Positions 46,901 through 59,100 of a DNA stretch of 64,000 nt are shown here, piece by piece (within the stretch, counting starts at the first letter, position 1; each line of letters starts with the position of its first letter). The stretch lies in NCBI GenBank assembly GCA_035084275.1, contig CM068757.1, positions 9,734,001 through 9,798,000 of the forward strand. Direction: 5' to 3'. The stretch comes from Hydrolagus colliei. Its lineage: Eukaryota. Under the pieces are notes generated by a model. The model did not search any database and was not told the origin of the DNA. It saw nothing but the letters and a program-made list of their open reading frames with translations. The position numbers and the translations under genes are program-made.

Positions 46901-49900
46901 TAGAGCCCCCCTTTCACGTTGGGCGGACTTCCCAAGGCGCTGAACAGTTAGATCGGGACCCGAGCGGGGTGGTGGCGTTGGGGGAGGGGCAGAGTAGTGA
47001 CAATGGTGTAGGAATGGGGGGAGAGTTAGGCGGGCAGCAGAAGGCATGGTCGATGAGGAAGGTCTTGAGACCGGCCTTGAAGGAAAAATGGGAGGAAGCG
47101 AGGTGAAGTGATTGCGGGATGGAGTTCCAGAGTGTGGGGGCAGAGAGGCTGAAAGCCTGGCCACCGATGGTAGGGCGGTTTGGGCGGGGCACCATAGTCC
47201 GCCGAATGGAGAGGACATGTAGGTTGATAGGGAGACAGCAGGTCGGAGAGATAGGCGGGGGCAAGGCCGTGAATGGCCTTGAAGGTGAGGTTGTTGTTGG
47301 AATATAGGTTTGTGAGATCTTGTTTGAAGTATCAGTTCTGAAGCTTTATAGAATCCACTGATGTTGTTCTTGTTGCCTTTCATACTGGCTCTTGCGCTGT
47401 TTTCAATTATGACCTGTGCTTTCCATGTTCTTTCGATGCAATAGCAGCAAAGTCGAGAAGCTCTGAAACAACAGGAGAAAATATAGACGAAATCTCTGTT
47501 GCTGAAACTCAATCAGACAAAGACAAAGATTTGGAAATACGCAAGGAAGCTGGTGAGAAAGAGAATGATGAACCTGAAGAAATTGGTAAATATGTACAGA
47601 AAAATGAAAGTGAATTGAGTGGAATTATTGAATTATTGGAGCCAGTGGAGACGGGCGAGGGTGGGAGTGATGTGGTCGCGGAGCCTAGTGCGGGAGAGTA
47701 CACGAGCTGCAGACTTCTGAATAATCTTCAGAGAGGAGCTGGGAAGGCCGACGAGGAGAGAGGTCCCGTGGTCGAGCCTTGAGTTGATGAATGCGTGGAC
47801 GAATGTTTCAGGAATTATGACCTGTTTTCAATTATGACCTGTGCTTTCCGTGTTCTTTCGATGCAATAGCAGAAATGACACTTTCTGAATCAACAGGAAT
47901 AAATGGAGCAGATGGAAACCATGTTGCTCCAACTGAAGGAGAGAAAGGTTCAGGAAAACCTGAGAAAGTTGAAGAGAAAGAGAACGAGAATCCTTGCATT
48001 TGATATAGCACATATCACGTCTTCCCGTCATCTCAATGCGCTTCACAGAATATACTGTAAAGTGAACCGACTGTATATTTCTGGGATCAAGGATTGATTT
48101 CTGGCAGTGCAAAACCTTGGCAAGTTTCCCTGAGGTTGCTAATATACAGTCAATTCACTTTACAATATGTTCTGTGAATCCCTGAAGATGTCTAGAAGAT
48201 GTGAAAATCACCATATCAAATGCAAGGATTATTATTACTATACAGTATCAAAGATTGAAGGAGAGTCATTTTGTTTAATGCTACACCTGATATATTTGAG
48301 GCCAATTCATGAATGTAGATGGTGAAGAGTATTCAGCCTAAAACAGATAGCTGCAGAACACTGTTTGCTTCTCTCATCAGTCTGAAAGGCTGCCGTTCAC
48401 TCCTATTCTTTGATTTCTTGTTCCTGCTGCCTGTCACATTGGGTATACATTGTTTTCAAAGACCCTTGTTTTCCATGTTCTGTCAATGCATCAGGAAACA
48501 CGGTGATCCCTCAAGCCACTCAGAGAACAGGAGTAAGTGCAGTAGTTCCTGAAACTGATCCGAAAACTCAAGAAGCACCAAATCAGCAACCTGAAGAGAA
48601 AGTCAAAGGTGAATATAAAGGTGTTGGTGCAATTGGAAAGAATGAAGAATGCGAGTTGAGTGGAATGGTCTGAACTAATATAAAACATTAGATTGTACTG
48701 TACCCCAAACTGTGGAACTCCCTGCCTCAGCTCTCTGCCTTTCCTTGTCCATCTTCAACAACAACAATAAATTACACTTATAGAGCCCCCCTTTCACGTT
48801 GGGCGGACTTCCCAAGGCGCTGAACAGTTAGATCGGGACCCGAGCGGGGTGGTGGCGTTGGGGGAGGGGCAGAGTAGTGACAATGGTGTAGGAATGGGGG
48901 GAGAGTTAGGCGGGCAGCAGAAGGCATGGTCGATGAGGAAGGTCTTGAGACCGGCCTTGAAGGAAAAATGGGAGGAAGCGAGGTGAAGTGATTGCGGGAT
49001 GGAGTTCCAGAGTGTGGGGGCAGAGAGGCTGAAAGCCTGGCCACCGATGGTAGGGCGGTTTGGGCGGGGCACCATAGTCCGCCGAATGGAGAGGACATGT
49101 AGGTTGATAGGGAGACAGCAGGTCGGAGAGATAGGCGGGGGCAAGGCCGTGAATGGCCTTGAAGGTGAGGTTGTTGTTGGAATATAGGTTTGTGAGATCT
49201 TGTTTGAAGTATCAGTTCTGAAGCTTTATAGAATCCACTGATGTTGTTCTTGTTGCCTTTCATACTGGCTCTTGCGCTGTTTTCAATTATGACCTGTGCT
49301 TTCCATGTTCTTTCGATGCAATAGCAGCAAAGTCGAGAAGCTCTGAAACAACAGGAGAAAATATAGACGAAATCTCTGTTGCTGAAACTCAATCAGACAA
49401 AGACAAAGATTTGGAAATACGCAAGGAAGCTGGTGAGAAAGAGAATGATGAACCTGAAGAAATTGGTAAATATGTACAGAAAAATGAAAGTGAATTGAGT
49501 GGAATTATTGAATTATTGGAGCCAGTGGAGACGGGCGAGGGTGGGAGTGATGTGGTCGCGGAGCCTAGTGCGGGAGAGTACACGAGCTGCAGACATCTGA
49601 ATAATCTTCAGAGAGGAGCTGGGAAGGCCGACGAGGAGAGAGGTCCCGTGGTCGAGCCTTGAGTTGATGAATGCGTGGACGAATGTTTCAGGAATTATGA
49701 CCTGTTTTCAATTATGACCTGTGCTTTCCGTGTTCTTTCGATGCAATAGCAGAAATGACACTTTCTGAATCAACAGGAATAAATGGAGCAGATGGAAACC
49801 ATGTTGCTCCAACTGAAGGAGAGAAAGGTTCAGGAAAACCTGAGAAAGTTGAAGAGAAAGAGAACGAGAATCCTTGCATTTGATATAGCACATATCACGT

Positions 49901-52900
49901 CTTCCCGTCATCTCAATGCGCTTCACAGAATATACTGTAAAGTGAACCGACTGTATATTTCTGGGATCAAGGATTGATTTCTGGCAGTGCAAAACCTTGG
50001 CAAGTTTCCCTGAGGTTGCTAATATACAGTCAATTCACTTTACAATATGTTCTGTGAATCCCTGAAGATGTCTAGAAGATGTGAAAATCACCATATCAAA
50101 TGCAAGGATTATTATTACTATACAGTATCAAAGATTGAAGGAGCGTCATTTTGTTTAATGCTACACCTGATATATTTGAGGCCAATTCATGAATGTAGAT
50201 GGTGAAGAGTATTCAGCCTAAAACAGATAGCTGCAGAACACTGTTTGCTTCTCTCATCAGTCTGAAAGGCTGCCGTTCACTCCTATTCTTTGATTTCTTG
50301 TTCCTGCTGCCTGTCACATTGGGTATACATTGTTTTCAAAGACCCTTGTTTTCCATGTTCTGTCAATGCATCAGGAAACACGGTGATCCCTCAAGCCACT
50401 CAGAGAACAGGAGTAAGTGCAGTAGTTCCTGAAACTGATCCGAAAACTCAAGAAGCACCAAATCAGCAACCTGAAGAGAAAGTCAAAGGTGAATATAAAG
50501 GTGTTGGTGCAATTGGAAAGAATGAAGAATGCGAGTTGAGTGGAATGGTCTGAACTAATATAAAACATTAGATTGTACTGTACCCCAAACTGTGGAACTC
50601 CCTGCCTCAGCTTTCTGCCTTTCCTTGTCCATCTTCAACAACAACAATAAATTACACTTATAGAGCCCCTTTCACGTTGGGCGGACTTCCCAAGGCGCTG
50701 AACAGTTAGGTCGGGACCCGAGCGGGGTGGTGGCGTTGGGGGAGGGGCAGAGTAGTGACAATGGTGTAGGAATGGGGGGAGAGTTAGGCGGGCAGCAGAA
50801 GGCATGGTCGATGAGGAAGGTCTTGAGACCGGCCTTGAAGGAAAAATGGGAGGAAGCGAGGTGAAGTAATTGCGGGATGGAGTTCCAGAGTGTGGGGGCA
50901 GAGAGGCTGAAAGCCTGGCCACCGATGGTAGGGCGGTTTGGGCGGGGCACCATAGTCCGCCGAATGGAGAGGACATGTAGGTTGATAGGGAGACAGCAGG
51001 TCGGAGAGATAGGCGGGGGCAAGGCCGTGAATGGCCTTGAAGGTGAGGTTGTTGTTGGAATATAGGTTTGTGAGATCTTGTTTGAAGTATCAGTTCTGAA
51101 GCTTTATAGAATCCACTGATGTTGTTCTTGTTGCCTTTCATACTGGCTCTTGCGCTGTTTTCAATTATGACCTGTGCTTTCCATGTTCTTTCGATGCAAT
51201 AGCAGCAAAGTCGAGAAGCTCTGAAACAACAGGAGAAAATATAGACGAAATCTCTGTTGCTGAAACTCAATCAGACAAAGACAAAGATTTGGAAATACGC
51301 AAGGAAGCTGGTGAGAAAGAGAATGATGAACCTGAAGAAATTGGTAAATATGTACAGAAAAATGAAAGTGAATTGAGTGGAATTATTGAATTATTGGAGC
51401 CAGTGGAGACGGGCGAGGGTGGGAGTGATGTGGTCGCGGAGCCTAGTGCGGGAGAGTACACGAGCTGCAGACTTCTGAATAATCTTCAGAGAGGAGCTGG
51501 GAAGGCCGACGAGGAGAGAGGTCCCGTGGTCGAGCCTTGAGTTGATGAATGCGTGGACGAATGTTTCAGGAATTATGACCTGTTTTCAATTATGACCTGT
51601 GCTTTCCATGTTCTTTCGATGCAATAGCAGAAATGACACTTTCTGAATCAACAGGAATAAATGGAGCAGATGGAAACCATGTTGCTCCAACTGAAGGAGA
51701 GAAAGGTTCAGGAAAACCTGAGAAAGTTGAAGAGAAAGAGAACGAGAATCCTTGCATTTGATATAGCACATATCACGTCTTCCCGTCATCTCAATGCGCT
51801 TCACAGAATATACTGTAAAGTGAACTGACTGTATATTTCTGGGATCAAGGATTGATTTCTGGCAGTGCAAAACCTTGGCAAGTTTCCCTGAGGTTGCTAA
51901 TATACAGTCAATTCACTTTACAATATGTTCTGTGAATCCCTGAAGATGTCTAGAAGATGTGAAAATCATCATATCAAATGCAAGGATTATTATTACTATA
52001 CAGTATCAAAGATTGAAGGAGAGTCATTTTGTTTAATGCTACACCTGATATATTTGAGGCCAATTCATGAATGTAGATGGTGAAGAGTATTCAGCCTAAA
52101 ACAGATAGCTGCAGAACACTGTTTGCTTCTCTCATCAGTCTGAAAGGCTGCCGTTCACTCCTATTCTTTGATTTCTTGTTCCTGCTGCCTGTCACATTGG
52201 GTATACATTGTTTTCAAAGACCCTTGTTTTCCATGTTCTGTCAATGCATCAGGAAACACGGTGATCCCTCAAGCCACTCAGAGAACAGGAGTAAGTGCAG
52301 TAGTTCCTGAAACTGATCCGAAAACTCAAGAAGCACCAAATCAGCAACCTGAAGAGAAAGTCAAAGGTGAATATAAAGGTGTTGGTGCAATTGGAAAGAA
52401 TGAAGAATGCGAGTTGAGTGGAATGGTCTGAACTAATATAAAACATTAGATTGTACTGTACCCCAAACTGTGGAACTCCCTGCCTCAGCTCTCTGCCTTT
52501 CCTTGTCCATCTTCAACAACAACAATAAATTACACTTATAGAGCCCCTTTCACGTTGGGCGGACTTCCCAAGGCGCTGAACAGTTAGGTCGGGACCCGAG
52601 CGGGGTGGTGGCGTTGGGGGAGGGGCAGAGTAGTGACAATGGTGTAGGAATGGGGGGAGAGTTAGGCGGGCAGCAGAAGGCATGGTCGATGAGGAAGGTC
52701 TTGAGACCGGCCTTGAAGGAAAAATGGGAGGAAGCGAGGTGAAGTGATTGCGGGATGGAGTTCCAGAGTGTGGGGGCAGAGAGGCTGAAAGCCTGGCCAC
52801 CGATGGTAGGGCGGTTTGGGCGGGGCACCATAGTCCGCCGAATGGAGAGGACATGTAGGTTGATAGGGAGACAGCAGGTCGGAGAGATAGGCGGGGGCAA

Positions 52901-53379
52901 GGCCGTGAATGGCCTTGAAGGTGAGGTTGTTGTTGGAATATAGGTTTGTGAGATCTTGTTTGAAGTATCAGTTCTGAAGCTTTATAGAATCCACTGATGT
53001 TGTTCTTGTTGCCTTTCATACTGGCTCTTGCGCTGTTTTCAATTATGACCTGTGCTTTCCGTGTTCTTTCGATGCAATAGCAGCAAAGTCGAGAAGCTCT
53101 GAAACAACAGGAGAAAATATAGACGAAATCTCTGTTGCTGAAACTCAATCAGACAAAGACAAAGATTTGGAAATACGCAAGGAAGCTGGTGAGAAAGAGA
53201 ATGATGAACCTGAAGAAATTGGTAAATATGTACAGAAAAATGAAAGTGAATTGAATGGAATTATTGAAGGAAAAATTCCACCAGAGGAACAAATGAAGGA
53301 AAAAATGCAAATGACGGGGGAAAGTGTCGTCACAACTGACCAAGAAAACGTTAGGACTGAAGAAAGGAACAAATCTTAG
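34933..53379 (+). CDS. Gene 3: B7/NCR3LG1-like leader-V-C1-TM with long acidic multi-exon tail (up to ~990 aa if all tail exons are used)
   Basis: Exons 34933-34984, 36568-36906, 37752-38072, 38677-38781, 39375-39563, 40535-40648, 43056-43145, 43758-43913, 44689-44802; then repeated B/A/C exons 45990-46067, 46615-46728, 47445-47585 (again at +1880, +3760, +5638); terminal exon 53081-53379. Ectodomain is secure; tail exon usage is uncertain. Confidence 0.7.
36568..36906 (+). CDS. Gene 3 IgV exon
   Basis: VVLECKVSG...VTW...GDASLYLSNIQIEEEGDYTCSVIVTP; 339 nt, AG/GT. Confidence 0.92.
37325..37700 (+). mobile_element. Near full-length tRNA-derived Deu-type SINE; equivalent copy at ~58810-59170 in gene 4
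   Basis: tRNA-like head, tgtttgtgggacactgctgtg core, aggcgctatatctaatgcaagtattatta tail. Confidence 0.75.
37752..38072 (+). CDS. Gene 3 IgC1 exon
   Basis: VKCSATGFYPQELEIIW...DDTGSKYRCVVKH; 321 nt. Confidence 0.92.
38677..38781 (+). CDS. Gene 3 TM exon
   Basis: ECNNRNIGGFIGVIIALLVCVSLLIGFVTWDKRRK; donor G|GTAAGC; 105 nt. Confidence 0.85.
39375..39563 (+). CDS. Gene 3 first cytoplasmic exon with YETV motif
   Basis: GNNKKSKDEEE...FVSNIYETVPDS...PQTQK; 189 nt; donor G|GTAAGT. Confidence 0.8.
42855..43000 (-). mobile_element. Old CR1 RT fragment carried in the tail-exon intron cassette
   Basis: Minus strand reads EVSSVLRGSVLGQILFTIYIHAL (compare [25 protein letters not shown]); recurs near 44490, 46420, 48300, 50180, 52060. 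Confidence 0.55.
44951..45688 (-). mobile_element. Young 5'-truncated L2 LINE nested in an older L2 3' remnant
   Basis: DPELSFLP...AETFVHAFINSRLDHG...LHWLPIRQGIEYQML...HGLAPAYLS, 3' UTR and (CAA)n. Flanks ccatcttc / agatcgcacctgaag are contiguous in the uninterrupted copy at 43410-43560. Confidence 0.85.
45942..53268 (+). repeat. Tandem array, ~3.9 near-identical copies of a 1878-1880 bp unit, each with three tail exons, SINE pieces and a truncated L2
   Basis: Unit start ctgttttcaattatgacc at 45942, 47822, 49702, 51580; the ORF track repeats with the same period; only scattered substitutions between copies. Confidence 0.95.
53081..53379 (+). CDS. Gene 3 terminal exon
   Basis: (A)AKSRSSETTGENIDE...EERNKS*; the only copy of exon C not fused to L2; candidate AATAAA at 53753. 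Confidence 0.65.
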
Positions 53380-53863
53380 TGAAAAACTCTCTTCTTTCCC
53401 AAAAAATAAGCACAGAAATTGATCAATGCTCTCATCCTTTCCAATTATAAAAAAAACTTTTATTCAAGAATACTAATAGAATACTATAAATTTATGTACA
53501 TTATATATACAGTATATGTTAGATACAATTGAAAAGCATGACCTAAACCTTTCCAGATGAATTCACCTGATGCTGCATAATTCACAAAGTTTGTTTGTTG
53601 GATAATTGTTGGATAATCTGCATAATTCACAAAGCTTATTTGTTGGATCACATTTGTCTGTAAAACTAATCATGTACATGTAGCAATAACTACCATCAAG
53701 CACTGTCCAAGAAATGTTAATGTTGATTTTTTTTATTGCTTTTTTTATTTTCAATAAAGGCTTAAATATTGTGCTTTTCAGAGCAAGCTTGAAAATGAAT
53801 AGGGTTTATTATTAAATGTTGTGAATCTTATTTTTTCTTACTCTTTTCAGAAATTGTAGCATT

Positions 53864-54624
53864 ATAGAATCATAGAATTTTACGGCACAAAAGGAGGCCA
53901 TTCGGCCCATCTAGTCTGTGCCGGCTCTTTGAAAAGAGCGATTCAATCCCACTGCCCTGCCCGCTCCCCATAGCCTAATAGACCCGTTCTCCCTAAATAA
54001 AGATCTAATTCCCTTTTAAAAGTTGTTATCGAATCAGCCTCCACCACCTTTTCAGGCAATGCATTCCAGATTTGAACAACTCGCTGATTGAAAAAATTTC
54101 TCCTCAGCTCCCCTCTACTTCGCCTTGAAACTATTTTAAATCTGTGACCACGAGTCACAGATTCACCCACGAGTGGAAATAGTTTTTCTCTATTTGCCCT
54201 GTCGAAACCCCTCATGATCTTATAAACCTCTATTAGGTCTCCCCTCAATCTTCTCTGCTCCAGAGAGAATAACCCTAGCCTATCTAGCCTCTCCTCATAG
54301 CTGAAGTCCCTCAATCCTGGCACCATCCTAGTAAATCTTTGTTGTACCCTTTCCAATGCCTTCACATCCTTTCTGTAGTGTGGTGACCAGAATTGAACAC
54401 AGTATTCCAGCTGAGGCCTCACCAAAGTCCTATAGAGGTTAGTCAGCACTTCCTGACTTTTGCACTCTGTACCCCTATTTATAAAGCCTAGTATCCCATA
54501 TGCCTTCTTAACAGCCTTGTCTACCTGTCCTGCCACCTTCAACGAGTCACTAACACAAATCCCCAGGTCTCTCTGTTCCTTTACACCATTTAAAATTGTA
54601 CTATCTAGCCTATATTGCCTCCCT
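53864..54624 (-). mobile_element. CR1 LINE, 5'-truncated copy of the same family as 19105-21403
   Basis: 199 aa C-terminal ORF2 nearly identical to the 20700-21318 translation; tail ttctatgattcta on the minus strand. Confidence 0.92.
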
Positions 54625-54699
54625 GTAAAAACAAATTAGAATTTTTTTTACATCAACAAGAATTTGTATTTATATCTCACATAAGTACATGTGGTGGGA

Positions 54700-55760
54700 A
54701 GCTTTCCTTCTACATCCGTCCCATTCACAAGGACCCCTTTCCTCTACCTCTGTCAAATTGCCCTCCTCTTGCAGTACCTCAAACTCAACACAACTTAAAT
54801 CCTCATTCACACCTTTTCCTTATTTATATGCTTCTTCTCGGCAATGTTATCTATAGACATAGGATAAACTTTTGTATGTATGCGCAGATGATGCCTAAAT
54901 CTACTTATCCTCCAGCTGTGATTCTGTATCCACTGATGTTCTGTCAGCTTGTCTATCAGACATCAAGGCCTGGGTGAGGGCAAATTTCCTGCAGCTGAAT
55001 GGCGACAACAACAACAAAATTGCATATGTATAACGCCCTTCATGTCAGGAGGATATCCCAAGATGGTAACCACACTGCTTAGGTCCTATCAAAGTCTTGC
55101 CTCCTGTGGCTCTGGCCTGTTCAACCTCCCCACCTATCCCCCAAAACTTATTGAAACAGTATGTAACCGAGGTGTCAGGTTCGATCCCGAGCTTTCCTTC
55201 CCACCCCACAATCCCTAACAGGACCACTTTCCTCTACCTCCGTCACATTCCCTGCCTCCAACCCAACACAATCAAAATCCTCATTCACACCTTTGTCATC
55301 ATCTGCATTGACTATTCAAACTATTCAATCTATTCAAACTCCACACCCCCATCACAACAGTCCTCGCCAGGCAAGACTGGCTCCCAAGCACAGAACAGAT
55401 TGACCTCAAGATCCTCACACTCAGCTACAAATCACATTCATACTCTGGTATTTCTCTACCACTCAAACATGCTTATTCTCCATGCCACCACCTGCCAACT
55501 CTACTTGACTGGCACTGCATGCCCCTCGTACTCTCCATTCCACGATTGGTGCCATGCTTTCAGCAACACCAAAACTTTGGAAGTCTCTCGCAATCCCTCG
55601 GCCTAGCCCCCTCCTTCTCTATTTTTAGATTATTTCTTAATACAGTACTTTCCGCTTCGCCCATGTACATGGCCACCTATCTCCTCACCCCAGCTCAGCA
55701 TCAGGCTACGCCATTGTTCAGTCCTCCGAGATGCTAGCTTGCAAGAAGGTCATTATATAA
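54700..55760 (+). mobile_element. Heavily degenerate L2 LINE remnant
   Basis: gcagatgatgcc (ADD motif) near 54885; atcctcattcacacctttgtc...gactattcaaac (LIHTFV..DYSN); L2-like tail aatgcaagttgtt. Confidence 0.6.
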
Positions 55761-56087
55761 ATGCAAGTTGTTACTTTTGAGGTCACGTCACAAGGTTGAA
55801 TTGTTCCTGATTAAAACCTTTGGACTTGGATCAAAGCCAAGTTTCAACAATGCTTCATGTGGATCTTACTTTTGAGATTGATTACCCATATAGTAGAATG
55901 GAACAGTTGTTTTGCTTGGGGGGATGATATCAATCTGGTATATTTATCCCAGACACGGAATCAGCTGTACTAGTGTTTGAATTCTGTCCTGAGTAAGGTT
56001 TTTGATGTTAAATTTGCTTTCCTTTGAAATAATGGCTTTTGTTTTGTACAAAGCTATTCACCCTGTGATCCAAAAAGGGAGTGGAGC

Positions 56088-56110
56088 AGTGAAAGTGAAA
56101 GGGTGATTTC
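56088..56110 (+). promoter_or_regulatory. ISRE plus abutting kB-like site of gene 4
   Basis: AGTGAAAGTGAAAGGGTGATTTCC, identical to gene 3. Confidence 0.7.
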
Positions 56111-56195
56111 CATGTACAGGTGATCATCGCTAGGACTCTGGGATAATCGGAGCAAGTCATTTTATTAAGAAAATGCAGCTGTTGTGGAGGGAAGG

Positions 56196-59100
56196 ATGGT
56201 GATTCTAGCTTTATGCTTTGTCGCTGTCTCCTTTATCTCAACATCAGGTAAATATCACCGAGCCCATCTCTTTCTCATCCTCAAACATGGGTTGGTTGCA
56301 GAATGTGAGCAAGGAACTGCATAGCTTCACTCCAGCCTCGGTTGTGTTTTCCATTCTCTACTTATTGTTTCTTTTAAGTAGAATTTTTTTTATCAATCAA
56401 TCACTAACTTTTGCAAGTGTCTAAAGTTACTGTTGTATCTACGAAAGCTGCTATAAATGTGCATAAGATAGTAAGATGCTGTCAGAGCAAATTGCAATAC
56501 TGTATTGCATTTGATAGTGTTAGGTATTTATGGATGAGATAGAAGTGCTGTATTCTATTTGATATTCTAATACATAATAATCCTTGCATTTAGGATAGAG
56601 CTTATCACATCTTCTAAATGTCTCAAATCGCTTCACAGAATATACTGTAAAGTGAGTTGTCTATATTTTGTGAGTAAATTGAGGCAACCAATTGGGCACA
56701 GTAGTGTCCCACAAACAGTTGTGGATTAACAACAACAACAAACAACAACAAAATTACATTTATAGAGCACCTTAATCTAAATGATTAATTTTTTAAAAAG
56801 GATTATTATCCCCTGAAAAGTGATCCGCTAATCGACTAACAATTGGGTTTCTACTTACTGCTAGGTAAACAGAAGCATGTGGAGGAAGGAAACTTGCCTT
56901 ACATTTTACCTGTCGCGAATTGAACCCAGGTCCTCTTGCTTGCAAGGCAGTGGCTCTAACCGCAAAACTACAGGATTCTGCAATCTGCCAATTGACTCAC
57001 AACTGAGTTACTACTTCTTAGATAAACATTTCAGAGTGTCCAGAATTTGGTAAATTCTTGAATTCACTCTTAACTTTGAAGTTGTGTTTTTGTAATTGTT
57101 TAAGTAAACTTTCAGAAAACTGGCTTCAAAATTAAGCCTGGATTGAAAACTTGCCAAATCCTCAAAGCTCTGAAACTCTACATACACAGAATAAATCTCT
57201 AACTAGATGGAATACAGTCAAACCTGTCTTCAACAACCCCTCAGTGGATATTAGATAAGGATGGCATCTGATAAGGTAGCTAATCCGTTGGTTGGCAAGC
57301 AGAGCTGTGCAGAGCTGTTCCAGGCTGGTTGTTAACAGGGGTTGGTTGCTGAATAGAGATGGTGGCTCGAACAGGTTTGACTGTATCTCTCTCCTCAAAA
57401 CAACAAGAAGCAATTCCATTTGTATCCCACAATGATAATGTCTGAGAATAGTTTGGATCTTAATGTTTTGTACTTGAATAGATTCAGCATTGACAGCAGC
57501 TTCCGTAGCTGTAGTATGTGCATGACGACGTGCAGGGCAGGAAAGATTGTGCTTCTTCAGAATTAGATGAAGGATCTTCTCGAGTAGATGCTGGATCAAA
57601 GCAACATCCTAAGAGGACACATGGAATACTATAGAACAGTGGTTGTCAACATGTAACTCCTCTCCAAGAGGGCACCAAAACACCCGCCACCAGTCCAGGC
57701 AACTCTGCACTAAATTAATGCTTTGTTTCCAGTAGCTACTGAGCCACGCTACCCATGGCACAGCCATAAATGAAGAAAAATTCAATAAAGGAAAATTGAA
57801 TTGTTAGGCCGACCATAAATGATAGCGACCAGTGCTATATAGAGGAGCTAGTGGGTGAAGGATACAACATGGCGAACAATGAGTCAACTGACATCCTTCG
57901 TTCTCTCATCTTATCACTTGGCATGTTCTATCCCATCCAAGGAGTACGTTTGTTTCCTGTTCTTGCTTCCTGTGTACAGTATGTGCAATTTTTCTGTATT
58001 GATAAGAATCTGATAGACATGGTCAGGATATAACCTAATTTCATTACTTTCTTTTGTAAATTAGCGTTGGAAATGACGTTATTCAACAGCCCAATGAAAG
58101 GGCAAGTGAATGAGAACGTAGTCCTGGAATGCAAGGTGTCTGGCTACCGTGGCGCACAGCTCCCCCTCAAAATGGTAGCAGTTCAGTGGTTTTTTGGGCC
58201 TACCAAGGAACTGGTGTATTCATATGCCGGAGGAAAAGCTTCCATATCTCGAAACGGGGCAAATATATCTGAAGAGAATTTAAGGACAGGGGATGCTTCG
58301 TTGCATCTCCCTAACCTACAAATTGAGGAAGAAGGAGATTACACATGTGCGGTGATCGTAACCCCTATAAAAGTACAAAAGACGTCCACACTCCAAGTGT
58401 CAGGTAAGAGTCAACAGTATTCCACATTAATCATCTATTTGGAAAAATTCCACTTGTCTTTAAAAATTAATTCTATTCATTTAACTTTTCAGAGCAAACA
58501 GAATTTGGCAAATGGTTGAGTTCAGGGTTAACCCTGAAATTTTTGCAGGGGGTTATTAAAAGAAACTTACCAAAATTAAGGTAGTATTTAAGAATTTTGG
58601 GGTGGGCGGTAGTAGGTATGTAGGGTCTCCCTGGCATTGACCTGGCTCCAAGGGTCTGTGTTGATGAAGGAATGTTGGAATTTAGTCAATGGGATTATGG
58701 TAGTCTAGTTCCTGAGTTTGAACCCACTGGTTTCTCATTCATAGATGAGAGTCTTGCCAGCTGAGCCAGTAATATGCAGGTAGATGTGAATTGGAATATA
58801 GCATGTAATGTGTGAAATCCTGTAGAGCAATTGCCTTGCAAGCAAGAGGACACAGGTTCAATTCCCGGGCACAGCGCAACATGAGGCAAGTTTCTTACTC
58901 CACACACCTTTGTTCACGTAGCCTTAAGTTGGAACCCAGCTGCCAGTTGATTGGTGGATCGCTTTTCCGGTTCTAATAATCTCTTTTTAAAAATGTGCTC
59001 ACTCAGTTCACTACTGTTTGTGGAACACTGCTGTGTGCAATTGGCAGCCACGTGTGACCCACAAAATATAGTCAATTCACTTTAAAATATATTCTGTAAA

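Noticed and set aside
46898-53148. Repeated 204-211 aa and 116 aa minus-strand ORFs
   Set aside because: Alternative frames of the truncated L2 and antisense of tail exons, repeated only because of the tandem array.
45942-53268. Periodic structure as a possible CRISPR or satellite
   Set aside because: The unit is ~1.9 kb of eukaryotic exon/intron/TE sequence with no short repeat-spacer structure.
53570-53660. Short ~30 bp imperfect tandem repeats (similar small duplications at ~16995 and ~33820)
   Set aside because: Ordinary slippage duplications in UTR or intergenic DNA.
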